From assembly GCA_965662235.1 (NCBI GenBank), contig CBFIGY010000001.1, forward strand, positions 160,001-224,000: a DNA stretch of 64,000 nucleotides. The letters run 5' to 3'. Both the position numbers and the translations under genes were made by a program. The notes beneath the pieces are model-generated. The model saw only the letters and a list, made by a program, of their open reading frames with translations, was not told the DNA's origin and did no database searches. Position 1 is the first letter of the stretch. Every line of letters starts with the position of its first letter. Positions 12,339 to 22,171 of this stretch are shown in pieces. This DNA comes from an uncultured bacterium. GTDB lineage: Bacteria > SAR324 > NAC60-12.

Positions 12339-13628
12339 TCACTCGTAGCGCAGCGGATCCACCGGATTCAGCCGAGCCGCTTTCGTCGACGGATACAGCG
12401 TCACCAGGAAGCAAATCAGGAAGGAGCTGAGCGTTGTCACGCCCACATCCTGCCAGTCGATGCGGACGGGGATGCGGTTCCCTCCCGGGTACACCCCCGG
12501 AGGAATGTCGATGAGGTCAAAGGTCTGCAGCACCCAGCAGATTCCCAAGCCAATGAGCACCCCACTGAGGGTTCCCAGCAGACCAATCACCACCCCCTGG
12601 AACATGAAGATGCGACGGATGCCGCCATCACTCGCGCCCAGTGCTTTCAGAATGGCCACCTCCCGGGACTTCTCCAGCACCAGCATGACCAAGGAGCTGA
12701 TGATGTTGAAGGCGGCGACCACAATGATCAGGGTGAGGATGAGGAACAGCCCAATCTTTTCCAGCTTCATTACCTGAAAGAGGCTTTTGTTTTCATCAGC
12801 CCAGTTGCTGGTGAACAGGCTATCCCCAAGCAGCGGGCGCAGAGACGTTGCCACCGCAGTCGCCTCCTCCGGGTCCTTGATCCGCAGGCCCACTCCGGTC
12901 ACTCGATCCTTGAGCGCAAAGATCTTCTGCACCAAACGGTAGTCTGCAAACGCCAGCACCTCGTCGTATCCGGAGATGCCGGACTCGAAGATGCCCACCA
13001 CTTCCAGTTTCTTGACGCGGGGGACATCGCCCACCGGAGTCATCCGCTGCTCTGAAGAGACCACCTGCACCGTGTCTCCAATGCCCACGTCCATCTGCTG
13101 TGCCAGCATGGCTCCGAGGATGATGCCATCTCGCTGCCCCTGCTCATGGTCCACACTCACCTGAGCGAGGATCCGTTCTGCCAGCGCCTGCTGTTCCTTA
13201 GGGTTGTCCGGAGGAAAGCCGTAGACTGTGTCACGTAGAAAGTCGGCAATGTTTGTGACCTTGGGTTCTAGCAGGGGGTCAATGCCCCGTAACAGGGCGC
13301 CCTTGGGCTTGCTACCTCCGGTAAGGAGGGCCTGCTTGTAGACGTAAGGAGCGGCTCCGGTGACCTCCGGATGCTCAAGCAGCTTCTGCCGGAGGGACTC
13401 AAACTCCTTGAGCTGATCTCCCCAGGAAAACACGGTGATGTGCGGTAAGGAGCCGGTGACCGCATTCTGCAGGTTGGTGCGGAAGCCGTTCATGACCGAC
13501 GTGGAAACAACCAGCGCAATCACGCCCAGCGCCACCCCGCAGATGGAGATCCAGGTGATGAGAGAAATCGAGCGGTCCCGGCGCGGGGAAAAGAGGTACC
13601 GCCGGCCAATGAAGAGTTCATAACTCAT
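12339..13628 (-). CDS. lolE: Lipoprotein-releasing ABC transporter permease (LolC/E family)
   Basis: IGRRYL, GVALGVIALVVSTSVMNGF, VAAFNIISSLVMLV.EK.REVAILKALGA, YPS.KAA.LNP.DPLRYE. Confidence 0.92.
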   Translation of the reverse strand: MSYELFIGRRYLFSPRRDRSISLITWISICGVALGVIALVVSTSVMNGFRTNLQNAVTGSLPHITVFSWGDQLKEFESLRQKLLEHPEVTGAAPYVYKQALLTGGSKPKGALLRGIDPLLEPKVTNIADFLRDTVYGFPPDNPKEQQALAERILAQVSVDHEQGQRDGIILGAMLAQQMDVGIGDTVQVVSSEQRMTPVGDVPRVKKLEVVGIFESGISGYDEVLAFADYRLVQKIFALKDRVTGVGLRIKDPEEATAVATSLRPLLGDSLFTSNWADENKSLFQVMKLEKIGLFLILTLIIVVAAFNIISSLVMLVLEKSREVAILKALGASDGGIRRIFMFQGVVIGLLGTLSGVLIGLGICWVLQTFDLIDIPPGVYPGGNRIPVRIDWQDVGVTTLSSFLICFLVTLYPSTKAARLNPVDPLRYE

Positions 13629-13670
13629 GACTGTTGCCCAAGGAGGTAAGTGAGGAGCCAGGGAGGGCAG

Positions 13671-13693
13671 GGCTGAGGCAGCAGACCTCAGCC
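13671..13693 (-). terminator. Hairpin after alaS
   Basis: GGCTGAGG-N7-CCTCAGCC; no U-tract, so may be an mRNA-stabilising stem. Confidence 0.4.
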
Positions 13694-13706
13694 GATCGAG
13701 GGGGGT

Positions 13707-16334
13707 TCAGGTGAGGTACTGCTTGGCCACTTCCGGGGCCTGCTTCAGGACTTCAGGGAGTTTGTCCACAGCCTTGATGCCGGCTTGGGCCATCTGGGGC
13801 TTGCCTCCGCCTCGTCCGTCGGCCAGTGCCGCCACAGCGTTCACCAGCTCCCCCGCCTTGATGCCCTTCTTGACCAAGTCATCGGTCACCACGCAGATCA
13901 ACGCGCCCTTGCCGTCCAGCGTCATCCCCAGCCAGGCCACTCCCGATCCCAGTTGCTCGCGGATGCTGCTACCCAGGTCCCGGAAGGTGTCCATCGAATC
14001 CACGTCCACCATTGTCGCCAGCACCTTGGTTCCGGCTAAATCCTGAGCCTGCTCAAGGAGGGTTCCCAGGTTGCCCCGGGCGGCTTCCTTACGCAGCTGC
14101 TGCAGCTCTCGCTCCAGCTGACGCTTCTCGTCCATCAGCTTCTCAACGGACGCAGCAATTTGCTCCTCCGGAAGGTTGAGCAGTTGCCGGAGGTTGCCCA
14201 CAACCTTGCCCTGGTGCCGGGAAATCAGCTCAGCCTGCTCTCCGGTGACGGCGGTGATCCGGCGGACACCTGCGGCAATGGCTCCCTCGGAGGTGATGCG
14301 GAACTGACCAATCTGGCCTGTCGCCTGAACGTGGCAGCCCCCGCACAGTTCTCGGGAAAACGTTCCTACTTCCACAACCCGGACCACGTCTCCATACTTC
14401 TCGCCGAACATGGCCTTGATGCCCGAGTCAATGGCCTGCTGATAAGGCGATTCAAAGATATTGGAGGAGATGTTTTCCCGGATCTTTTGATTGACGATAC
14501 GCTCAATCGTTTCCAGCTGATCGTCACTGACCTTTTCAAAGTGCGTAAAGTCGAAACGCAGGTACTCCGGGTGCACAATGGAACCCGCTTGGCTGACATG
14601 CTCGCCGAGCACTTCCTGCATGGCGGCATACATCAGGTGGGTTGCCGTGTGGTTGTTGGTCGCCTGAGTCCGGGCCGCCTGGTTGATTCCGGCATGCGCT
14701 GGAGAGGCGTCCGGAGTGCCTCCACCGGTGCAGATGTGCACAATGGCGTCTCCTTGCTTCTGCACGTCCACCACTGTCCAGGTCCGTGTCCCTTGGGTGA
14801 TGGTGCCCTGGTCGGCGACCTGCCCTCCGGACTCGGCGTAGAACGGAGTCTGGTCCAGAATCAGCATCCAGCGTCCGTCGGCATCCTGAGTGTAACGGCG
14901 AATGAAGACTTCCGCGGCAAACTCCGTGTAGCCAATGAACCGTGAGTCCACGCCCGGGGTAACCTCGTTCCACTTTTCCAGAGTCAGCTTGAACTTCCCG
15001 GCTTCCCGGGCTCGGGTCCGCTGCGCCTCCATGTGTTCTTCAAATCCGGCTTCATCGACCTTCAGCTGGCGCTCTTCGCACATCAGTCGGGTCAGGTCCA
15101 CTGGAAACCCATAGGTGTCGTAGAGCTTGAAGGCGTCTTCTCCAGAGAGCGTCTGCTTCTGCTGTGTCTCAGGCGTTGAAACCATCTGCTCAAAGATCTC
15201 TAGGCCCCGGTCAAGCGTGTGTCCAAAGCTGGTCTCTTCCGACTCAATGACGCCCATCACGTGGAGCTGCTGAGTCTGGATCTCGGGAAAGGCATCTCCC
15301 ATGACCTCTGCAAGCGTTGGCACCAGCTTGTAGATGAAGGGCTCTTGCATCCCCAGCACCCGCCCAAAACGGGTCGCGCGTCGGAGCATCCGCCGGAGCA
15401 CGTAGCCCCGTCCTTCATTGGAAGGAATGGCGCCATCTGCCACTGCAAAGCTGACAGCCCGCAGGTGGTCTGCAATCACTCGGAAGGCCACTCCGACTTC
15501 TCCCCCTGAATCCGGAACGCCGGTCACCTCGTGGATCTTGGCCAGGATTGGGGTAAAGAGGTCGGTGGCATAGTTGGAATCGACTCCCTGCATCACTCGG
15601 CAGACGCGCTCCAGCCCCATTCCGGTGTCCACGTGCTGGGAGGGCAGAGGCTCGAGGTGCCCGTCGGGAAAGCGCTGGAACTGCATGAAGACGAGGTTCC
15701 AGAGTTCCACAAAGCGCCAGCACCCGTCTTGATTGACCCGGCACTCGTGCTGCTCGGAGAGCGGACAGGTGCCTTCCCCCAGGTCGATGTGCAGCTCTGA
15801 ACAGGGACCGCAGGGTCCGACGTCGCCCATTTCCCAGAAGTTGTCCTGCTTGTCGAAACGCTGCACCTGCTCCGGATTGATGCTGGTCACCTGCTTCCAC
15901 AGGTTCTCAGCCTCTTCATCCGGAGGCACTCCGTCTCCGCCCTCAAAAACCGTCGCCCAGAGCTTGTCCTTGGGCAGGCCCCAGACCTCGGTGGTCAGTT
16001 CCCAAGCCCACCGGATCGCGTCTTCCTTGAAGTAGTCTCCAAACGACCAGTTGCCCAGCATCTCAAAGAAGGTGTGGTGGTAGTTGTCGCGCCCAACGTC
16101 TTCTAGGTCGTTGTGCTTGCCTGAGGCCCGGATGCACTTCTGAGAGTTGGCGGCTCGGTTGTAGTCCCGCTTGCCTGTGCCCAAGAACACGTCCTTGAAC
16201 TGAGCCATTCCGGAGTTGGTAAAGAGCAAGGTCGGGTCGTCCTTAGGCGCCACAGGAGCACTCCGGACGAAGCGGTGACCGCGTTGCTCAAAGAACTCAA
16301 TGAAGTCTTGGCGAATCTGCTGCGACGTCTTCAT
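13707..16334 (-). CDS. alaS: Alanine--tRNA ligase
   Basis: DPTLLFTNSGM.QFK, HHTFFEMLGNWSFGDYFK, DTGMGLER, HTATH and ELCGGCH editing motifs, GGGKPQMAQAG. Confidence 0.99.
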   Translation of the reverse strand: MKTSQQIRQDFIEFFEQRGHRFVRSAPVAPKDDPTLLFTNSGMAQFKDVFLGTGKRDYNRAANSQKCIRASGKHNDLEDVGRDNYHHTFFEMLGNWSFGDYFKEDAIRWAWELTTEVWGLPKDKLWATVFEGGDGVPPDEEAENLWKQVTSINPEQVQRFDKQDNFWEMGDVGPCGPCSELHIDLGEGTCPLSEQHECRVNQDGCWRFVELWNLVFMQFQRFPDGHLEPLPSQHVDTGMGLERVCRVMQGVDSNYATDLFTPILAKIHEVTGVPDSGGEVGVAFRVIADHLRAVSFAVADGAIPSNEGRGYVLRRMLRRATRFGRVLGMQEPFIYKLVPTLAEVMGDAFPEIQTQQLHVMGVIESEETSFGHTLDRGLEIFEQMVSTPETQQKQTLSGEDAFKLYDTYGFPVDLTRLMCEERQLKVDEAGFEEHMEAQRTRAREAGKFKLTLEKWNEVTPGVDSRFIGYTEFAAEVFIRRYTQDADGRWMLILDQTPFYAESGGQVADQGTITQGTRTWTVVDVQKQGDAIVHICTGGGTPDASPAHAGINQAARTQATNNHTATHLMYAAMQEVLGEHVSQAGSIVHPEYLRFDFTHFEKVSDDQLETIERIVNQKIRENISSNIFESPYQQAIDSGIKAMFGEKYGDVVRVVEVGTFSRELCGGCHVQATGQIGQFRITSEGAIAAGVRRITAVTGEQAELISRHQGKVVGNLRQLLNLPEEQIAASVEKLMDEKRQLERELQQLRKEAARGNLGTLLEQAQDLAGTKVLATMVDVDSMDTFRDLGSSIREQLGSGVAWLGMTLDGKGALICVVTDDLVKKGIKAGELVNAVAALADGRGGGKPQMAQAGIKAVDKLPEVLKQAPEVAKQYLT

Positions 16335-16383
16335 GGAAACGGATGTGCGTGAGGTTGAGGACCAAAGAGAAGGGGTGGGCGGA

Positions 16384-16403
16384 GCCGGCTCGTGGGAGCC
16401 GGC
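16384..16403 (-). terminator. Hairpin downstream of rpsD
   Basis: GCCGGCTC-GTGG-GAGCCGGC perfect stem with a pyrimidine-rich tract downstream on the minus strand. Confidence 0.5.
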
Positions 16404-16421
16404 GGACTGGGTGGCCGGCGA

Positions 16422-17036
16422 TTAACCGCGTGCCATGAACTCGACCACGAGGTGGTCTTCGACCTGAATCGGGATCTCTTCACGCTCGGGGATGCGGATG
16501 AGCTTGCCGGAGAGCTTCTTGGCGTCGCGCTCCACGTAGTCCAGCTTCTGCTCAAAGAAGCCAAACCAGTTCTTGTAGGTATCAACCTGCTTGCTCTTCT
16601 CCCGCAACGTGATCTCGTCGCCTGGGCGAACCTCAAGGCCCGGCTTGGCCGCCTTCTTTCCGTTGAGCAGGATGTGCCCGTGCACGACCATCTGCCGGGA
16701 AGCCCGCAGGGTTCCGGCAAAGCCCATGCGGTAGACCATGTTGTCCAGCCGGGTTTCCATGATCTGAATCAGGGCGATGTTGGTCTGCACCTTGGAGCGG
16801 GACGCCCGATCGTAGTAGCGGCGCAGCTGCTTCTTGCTGATGCCATAGAACAGCTTCAGCTTCTGTGTTTCCTGCAGCTGCAGTCCAAACGGGGACACCT
16901 TCTGGCGTCGGTTGGCGCCGTGCTGTCCGGGTCGGTTCGGACGGCGGCTCAGGGTCAGGGCAGCGCTGGGGCTTCCGATGATGTTGACGCCGAGTGCTCG
17001 GCAGGCCTTGTGCTTAATGGTTGATTTTCCTGGCAT
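16422..17036 (-). CDS. rpsD: 30S ribosomal protein S4 (stand-alone, lacks the Zn-ribbon cysteines)
   Basis: PGQHG, QLQETQKLK.FYG, ETRLDNMVYRMGFA, RQMVVHGHI, LVVEF. Confidence 0.97.
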   Translation of the reverse strand: MPGKSTIKHKACRALGVNIIGSPSAALTLSRRPNRPGQHGANRRQKVSPFGLQLQETQKLKLFYGISKKQLRRYYDRASRSKVQTNIALIQIMETRLDNMVYRMGFAGTLRASRQMVVHGHILLNGKKAAKPGLEVRPGDEITLREKSKQVDTYKNWFGFFEQKLDYVERDAKKLSGKLIRIPEREEIPIQVEDHLVVEFMARG

Positions 17037-17202
17037 TGTGTCTCAATTCCATTCAGATGGCATCTGCAGGCTGTAGAAAGACGAGGGCGCATGGCCCCCA
17101 CACGGTCTCACCCTTCCCACTGGGTCCACGCGTTTCTCCGGGGGATGCCATCCCATAAATGGGCCTGACCCTGAAGTCGCAGCAGTAGGAAGTAAACTGT
17201 AA

Positions 17203-17231
17203 AAGATAGCCTGCGTTGCGGGAACAATCAA
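17203..17231 (-). promoter_or_regulatory. Sigma70-type promoter for rpsD
   Basis: Minus strand TTGATT (17231-17226), 17 nt, TATCTT (17208-17203); implies a ~160-nt 5' leader. Confidence 0.55.
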
Positions 17232-17260
17232 CGCCTATTTGGCAACAGGAGGGAAAAGCG

Positions 17261-17644
17261 CTACGGTTTCAGCAAGAGCGAGACCGCGGCCTGGAGGTCT
17301 TCCACGCTGAAGGGTTTGCCCAAAAAGGCATTGCCTCCGGCAGCCCGAACCTCGTCTTCGACCTTGGTGGAGTGTTCCGCGGTGATGATCAGCACCGGAA
17401 TGGAGCCCACTTCGGGCTCCTGCCGCAGCTGTCGCACAAACTCCACCCCGTCCATCCGGGGCATCTGCAGGTCTGAGACAATCAGGTCCACCGCCCCCTG
17501 TCGGGCGACCTCTAGGGCCTGTTCTCCATCTTCGGCCTCAAGGAAGTTCTGGAACCCCAGATCCTCGAGCATTTTGATCAGTAGATGACGCATGAACCGG
17601 TAGTCATCGACCACCATCACGGTTACTTCCGGAAAGCTAGGCAT
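17261..17644 (-). CDS. Single-domain response regulator (CheY-like)
   Basis: VVDD, SDLQMPRMDG phospho-Asp motif, IITA, GKPF. Confidence 0.92.
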   Translation of the reverse strand: MPSFPEVTVMVVDDYRFMRHLLIKMLEDLGFQNFLEAEDGEQALEVARQGAVDLIVSDLQMPRMDGVEFVRQLRQEPEVGSIPVLIITAEHSTKVEDEVRAAGGNAFLGKPFSVEDLQAAVSLLLKP

Positions 17645-17775
17645 TCACGGTTTTGAGAGGGACTGGAAAATTCCCTCGATTTTATTCGAGGGGGAACCTA
17701 TGTTAATTCGTACTAGAACCCGATGAAGAGACAAGGTCAATTCATATCCGCCTTCAAATCAACCCATAAGGAACC

Positions 17776-18336
17776 GTGTACGAAACATCTGACATCCGCA
17801 AAGGCCTTCGCATCGAAATGGATAATGAGCCTTATGCCATTATCGAGTTTCAATTCGTCAAGCCCGGCAAGGGGAACGCGTTCACCCGCACCAAGATCCG
17901 GAACCTGATCACCGGCTCGGTTCTGGAACGGACCTTCAAGACCGGAGAGAAGCTCACCCCTGCGGACATGGAAGATCGGGACATGCAGTTCCTGTACAAC
18001 GATGGCAGTTTCCACTTCATGGACACCCGCAACTACGATCAAGTGGCCCTGGAACCAGACATGGTGGGAGACGCCTCCAACTACTTGCTGGAAAACATGG
18101 AGGTCAACATCGGGTTCTACAAAGGCCGCGCCGTCAGCCTGGTGCTTCCGAACTTTGTGAACCTTGAGGTGGTGGAAACGGCCCCGGGCGAGAAGGGCAA
18201 CACCGTGACAGGCGCCTCCAAGCCCGCCACCCTTTCTACCGGATATGAAGTGAACGTGCCCCTCTTCATCAACACAGGTGACCTGCTCCGGATCGACACC
18301 CGGACCGGTGACTACGTCGAGCGCGTCAAAAGCTAA
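17776..18336 (+). CDS. efp: Elongation factor P (Lys-type KPGKG loop)
   Basis: FVKPGKGNAF, KPATLSTG, VPLFINTGD, IDTRTGDYVERV; TAAGGA RBS before GTG. Confidence 0.98.
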   Translation: MYETSDIRKGLRIEMDNEPYAIIEFQFVKPGKGNAFTRTKIRNLITGSVLERTFKTGEKLTPADMEDRDMQFLYNDGSFHFMDTRNYDQVALEPDMVGDASNYLLENMEVNIGFYKGRAVSLVLPNFVNLEVVETAPGEKGNTVTGASKPATLSTGYEVNVPLFINTGDLLRIDTRTGDYVERVKS

Positions 18337-18364
18337 CCCTCTGTCCCCCGGGTCCTTCTCAGCA

Positions 18365-21300
18365 GTGCAGAATCATCATCCGGGGGCCCCGTCTGCCCCT
18401 TCTCCGAGTCCTCAACAAGTCCGGCAGTGGAAGCGCTTGGTCTCGCTCTACCGCAAACTGCCGTCCAGCCCATGGGGTCCTGCTGAGCAGCAGTCCCTCC
18501 GGAGCCTGTTCAAGAAGCTGCAGAGCCAGCGCTTTCGGCAGCTCCTGCAGTCCACCTACCCTCCGGAAGAGCAAGAAGCCCTGCAGGCGCAGATTCAGCA
18601 AGAGGTCCATGCCTACTGCACCCTCAACCAAGAACGCGTTCAGAGCCTGCTGGAGCTTGCTACCCCAGAGCTCCGGACTGCGGTTCAGGAAGCCCTGACC
18701 CTCTTTCACTACAACCTCCCTGAGCTTCCGGAACAGCTTGTGGAACGTCAGGTGGGGTACGACGACGAGGGGCACCCCATCATTGACTCCGGGACCTTCC
18801 GGCTCTTCCCAGAGAACGCCCCTGCCGGCCTAGAAGGACGGGCTCGCTTCCTGCCGACCCACTTCGAGGGCCTCTCCTCGCTGGAGGCGTTTGAGCAGCA
18901 CGACTACCCCCTCTTGCCTCGGCAGCCTCCGGAAGACTTCCGCATCAAGGCCATCACCACCATCGGCAGCCTTGGTGGCATTGGACACAAGCCGGACTCT
19001 GACATGGACGCCCAAGTCATCGTCAGCACCGACCCCGAGGTCCCGGAGCCGTGGAATGACCTCGACTTCCTCCTGGCTCTCCTCGAAAAGGTGCTGCAGC
19101 AGGTCCGGAGCCTCCTCATGCGTCAGATCCTCAACGAGCGGGAGCAGGAGCGACTCCGGACCCTGGCTCGCAAGGAGCTCGAGCAGCGTTACGCAGAAGG
19201 GCTCCGTGAGGAAGAGCGACTGGTGCTGGAAAGCGTCTTGCCCAGCACCTACCAGCACCTGCTCGACCACCTGCTCTGGAAGGCTGCGCTCGCGCTTCGT
19301 CCCGGACGCCTCCATGAGCTCATCACCAACGAGCTGCAAGCCACCCTGCGGAGCTACCCCGACTTTGCTCCCCTGTTTGCGCCTGCCATCTGCGTCCTCT
19401 TTCCCTTCCTCACCAAGTGGAACCCGGTTGACTTCCAGGCCAACTGCTTCCCCTTCGCTGGGACCCTCTCGCACCCGCAAACGGTTCCGGTTCAGGTCGC
19501 CCGCTTCTACCGACGGACGGTGCTGGGCTCCAAGCAGTCCCTGCGGCTGCTCTCGGAGTGGGCGGAGCAAGAAGGACGGCTGCTCAACGAAATCCCCATG
19601 GCGCAGCAGGATGCGTTTCTGTGGAAGCACTTTAGGCAGAACCCCGAGTGGCCGAAGGTCCTTGAACAGTTCCTCGGAACCCTCGCAGAGCACCTCAGCC
19701 TTGCGGAACTGAAGCACCTCGGGGCCTGCTTCCAGAAGCTCCAGTCTCAGCTCCCGGAGCATCCGCAACGGGACCAACTGCTGGCCGAAGAACCGTTTCG
19801 GCAAAAGGTCGCCCAGCGCTTCCGCGAGCGCATGGCAGAGCTGGTGAACCACCACCGCGACCAAGCGGCTCAGGCGTATGAAGCTCAGGTGGAGTATCCC
19901 CTGCACCTGAAGACACAGCAGGTCGAGGGTTTTCTCGAGAAGAAGCATCCTGAGGTGGAAACGCATTTCTTCCGGAACCTGCTCCGCCGCATGCGCGCTG
20001 GCGAGCACACCCCGTTTCTCGTCTCCCCAGAAGGAAGCCTGGCCTACTCTCACCTGCTGAACGACTTTCTCCTCAATCCGGCAGTGATGCTTGGAGGCGT
20101 GCCCCCGCTGCCGTTTGACCTGCCTGACGACTTCCGGACCCTCGTGGCCGCCGGCGTTTTTGAGGAGCCCGTGTGGCAGGTGCCGCACCCAGATGAGCCT
20201 CGTGAACGGTGGCGCCTCAGTGAGCTTCCGGACTGGGGCAGTGTCCTCATTCCTCGCGAGCACTTCCTGGAACACATTGTTCCCATCTTCTTGCGCGAGA
20301 GCGAAAAGGTCAGCCACCGGAACCTTCCCAAGGCCCTGCTCAACTGCTGGTGGGTGGAGATGCTCTGTCTGGAAGACCGCCCACAACTGACCAGCCTCAC
20401 CCGCTTGCTGCTGCATCCTGACCAGCGGGCCACCTTCACTGAATCCGGTCAGCGCGACCCCGACTCCGTTCGCCTGATGGAGATTGAGGAACTGTTTCCG
20501 CAACTGGTTCGGGACCCCTGGTGGATCAAGTTCAGCGAAATGCTGCTCCGCTCTGCAGACCTGAGCACCCGGCGGGACCTGATTTTCTGCTTTGCGCAGC
20601 ACATGCGTCTCAGTGACGTCATTGACGCCGAAGGTCACGCGCTCTTCATTCAACCGGAAGAGCCCTGGCGCCGCCACGCCATGTCCAAGTTCTACCAGCT
20701 CTTCTTCCGCGACGACGCCTTCCGGATGGAGCTGGCTCGCTTTGCTCAGGGACGCGATGACACCGCCTCGCAGTGGGAAGAGCGCCTCAAGAGCCTCTTC
20801 CTGCAGTCCCTGCGGCGCGTGGAAACATTGATTTGCCATATCGGCAGTGAAAAAGCGACGGTTCAGGTCGCAGAGTACCTGCAGAGCTGCAGCTCAACCC
20901 CGCTGGATTCGGAGGAACTGCACACGTTGCTGGACCCGCTCATGCTTCAGGTTCACCAGCGGGTTGCCATTGAAGACCGACGCATCCTCAGCAAGATCCG
21001 CCAAAAGGATCCCCTCACGCCCCTAGAACGCCTGCAGGCCAAGCACCTCCACAGCGACTTCATGCGGGTCCGGAAGGTCGTCCAAGAGGTTGCTGAACAC
21101 TTTGCGCACTTGCCCCTCAACACCGGAAAGCTGGAGCAGCTCATCACCGGTGCCAAGATCCGGGTGGGCGGAGACACCAACGAAAACGTCATCTTCCGGC
21201 ACCACTTTGAGCGCAACTTCTCCCGCAAGCCGTTTCAGATTCCGCAGCCCATTGCCAAGAGCCTCAGCATTCCTCGCTCCGCCATCCTCATCCGCTACGC

Positions 21301-22171
21301 CCCAGAGGCACACCGCTGGAACTTCTTCTCACGCCTGCAACGCCGCGAAGCCGGAAGCGACCACACCCTGCTGATGTTCCAGGAACCGCTGGCACAGGGC
21401 ATTGCTCGCTGTGTGAGCAGCGGCTACGTTGGGTTTGGCAGCCGCAACCACACCGCCTTTCAGAAGGACCCCTCACCTGCCCGGGACCCGCAGGCGCAGA
21501 ACCCGTTTGGCCCGGACGACGTGACCGCCCTGGCCCTGCAGCTCAAGGAGGCCTTTCCTCCCATGAAGCTGAGGCCCCGGGAGCTGCTCGCCCAGCAGCA
21601 CTACATCCGGGAGCTCTTCCTCGCAGGAAACGTCAACCAGCACGGCACCTGGACCTTCATCCTCCGGGACAACCTGAATGAGTGGTTTGCCATCGACTTT
21701 GACATGCCGGAACCTCGGGGGGCACGACGAGAAGCGGTCCGGCGGTCGCCTCAGGCGTTCTTTGAGTGGATGAATGCCACAGAAACCCGGCAGCGGTTTC
21801 AGGAAACCCTTGCTCAGCTCGAGATCCCGCTGGAGGCCACGCGCCTCAAGTCGTACCAGCTCTGGCTCAACCCCCGGAGCTTTGAGCTCACCATCAATCC
21901 CAGCTACCGAGGCCTGTACCTCTCCGGAATTGCCTCTCAGATCTGGCCGGCTCAAGGTCCTCACGCCCCCTGGGCGGCACCCGCACGACCCCGCCAGCTG
22001 AGCGAGTGGCGGACCTGGGGGCAGCAGGCCATCGACACGCACCACCGGTCGCAGGAAGCCAACCGCCTGAAGCAGCAAAAACGCATCGCCCGCATCCGGA
22101 AGCTCAACGACGCCTACATGGCCAAAATTGCAGAGGAGCTCAAGGAACGAGAGCGGGAGCGGATGAGATGA
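18365..22171 (+). CDS. Giant class I adenylate cyclase-like nucleotidyltransferase, paralog 1 (start uncertain; first in-frame GTG after efp)
   Basis: Pol-beta-type motif TTIGSLGGIGHKPDSDMD plus ordered blocks resembling CyaA (LFHYNLP, PAGL, ETHFF, EGS, LLNDF, WG..IP.E.F, PKALL, DPWW); clear paralog at 57072-60908. Confidence 0.7.
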   Translation: MQNHHPGAPSAPSPSPQQVRQWKRLVSLYRKLPSSPWGPAEQQSLRSLFKKLQSQRFRQLLQSTYPPEEQEALQAQIQQEVHAYCTLNQERVQSLLELATPELRTAVQEALTLFHYNLPELPEQLVERQVGYDDEGHPIIDSGTFRLFPENAPAGLEGRARFLPTHFEGLSSLEAFEQHDYPLLPRQPPEDFRIKAITTIGSLGGIGHKPDSDMDAQVIVSTDPEVPEPWNDLDFLLALLEKVLQQVRSLLMRQILNEREQERLRTLARKELEQRYAEGLREEERLVLESVLPSTYQHLLDHLLWKAALALRPGRLHELITNELQATLRSYPDFAPLFAPAICVLFPFLTKWNPVDFQANCFPFAGTLSHPQTVPVQVARFYRRTVLGSKQSLRLLSEWAEQEGRLLNEIPMAQQDAFLWKHFRQNPEWPKVLEQFLGTLAEHLSLAELKHLGACFQKLQSQLPEHPQRDQLLAEEPFRQKVAQRFRERMAELVNHHRDQAAQAYEAQVEYPLHLKTQQVEGFLEKKHPEVETHFFRNLLRRMRAGEHTPFLVSPEGSLAYSHLLNDFLLNPAVMLGGVPPLPFDLPDDFRTLVAAGVFEEPVWQVPHPDEPRERWRLSELPDWGSVLIPREHFLEHIVPIFLRESEKVSHRNLPKALLNCWWVEMLCLEDRPQLTSLTRLLLHPDQRATFTESGQRDPDSVRLMEIEELFPQLVRDPWWIKFSEMLLRSADLSTRRDLIFCFAQHMRLSDVIDAEGHALFIQPEEPWRRHAMSKFYQLFFRDDAFRMELARFAQGRDDTASQWEERLKSLFLQSLRRVETLICHIGSEKATVQVAEYLQSCSSTPLDSEELHTLLDPLMLQVHQRVAIEDRRILSKIRQKDPLTPLERLQAKHLHSDFMRVRKVVQEVAEHFAHLPLNTGKLEQLITGAKIRVGGDTNENVIFRHHFERNFSRKPFQIPQPIAKSLSIPRSAILIRYAPEAHRWNFFSRLQRREAGSDHTLLMFQEPLAQGIARCVSSGYVGFGSRNHTAFQKDPSPARDPQAQNPFGPDDVTALALQLKEAFPPMKLRPRELLAQQHYIRELFLAGNVNQHGTWTFILRDNLNEWFAIDFDMPEPRGARREAVRRSPQAFFEWMNATETRQRFQETLAQLEIPLEATRLKSYQLWLNPRSFELTINPSYRGLYLSGIASQIWPAQGPHAPWAAPARPRQLSEWRTWGQQAIDTHHRSQEANRLKQQKRIARIRKLNDAYMAKIAEELKERERERMR

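Noticed and set aside
19030..19950. Intein inside the NTase
   Set aside because: No N-terminal Cys/Ser block, no His-Asn-Cys/Ser/Thr end and no LAGLIDADG motifs
18830..20839. Long antisense ORFs opposite real genes (669 aa here; also 58869-60887, 28228-29982, 5082-6290)
   Set aside because: Shadow frames expected from GC-rich codon bias; no motifs or RBS, and they fully overlap well-supported genes
18365..22171. CBASS-type antiphage CD-NTase system
   Set aside because: No adjacent effector or Cap2/Cap3 genes, housekeeping context, and motif order fits class I cyclases better
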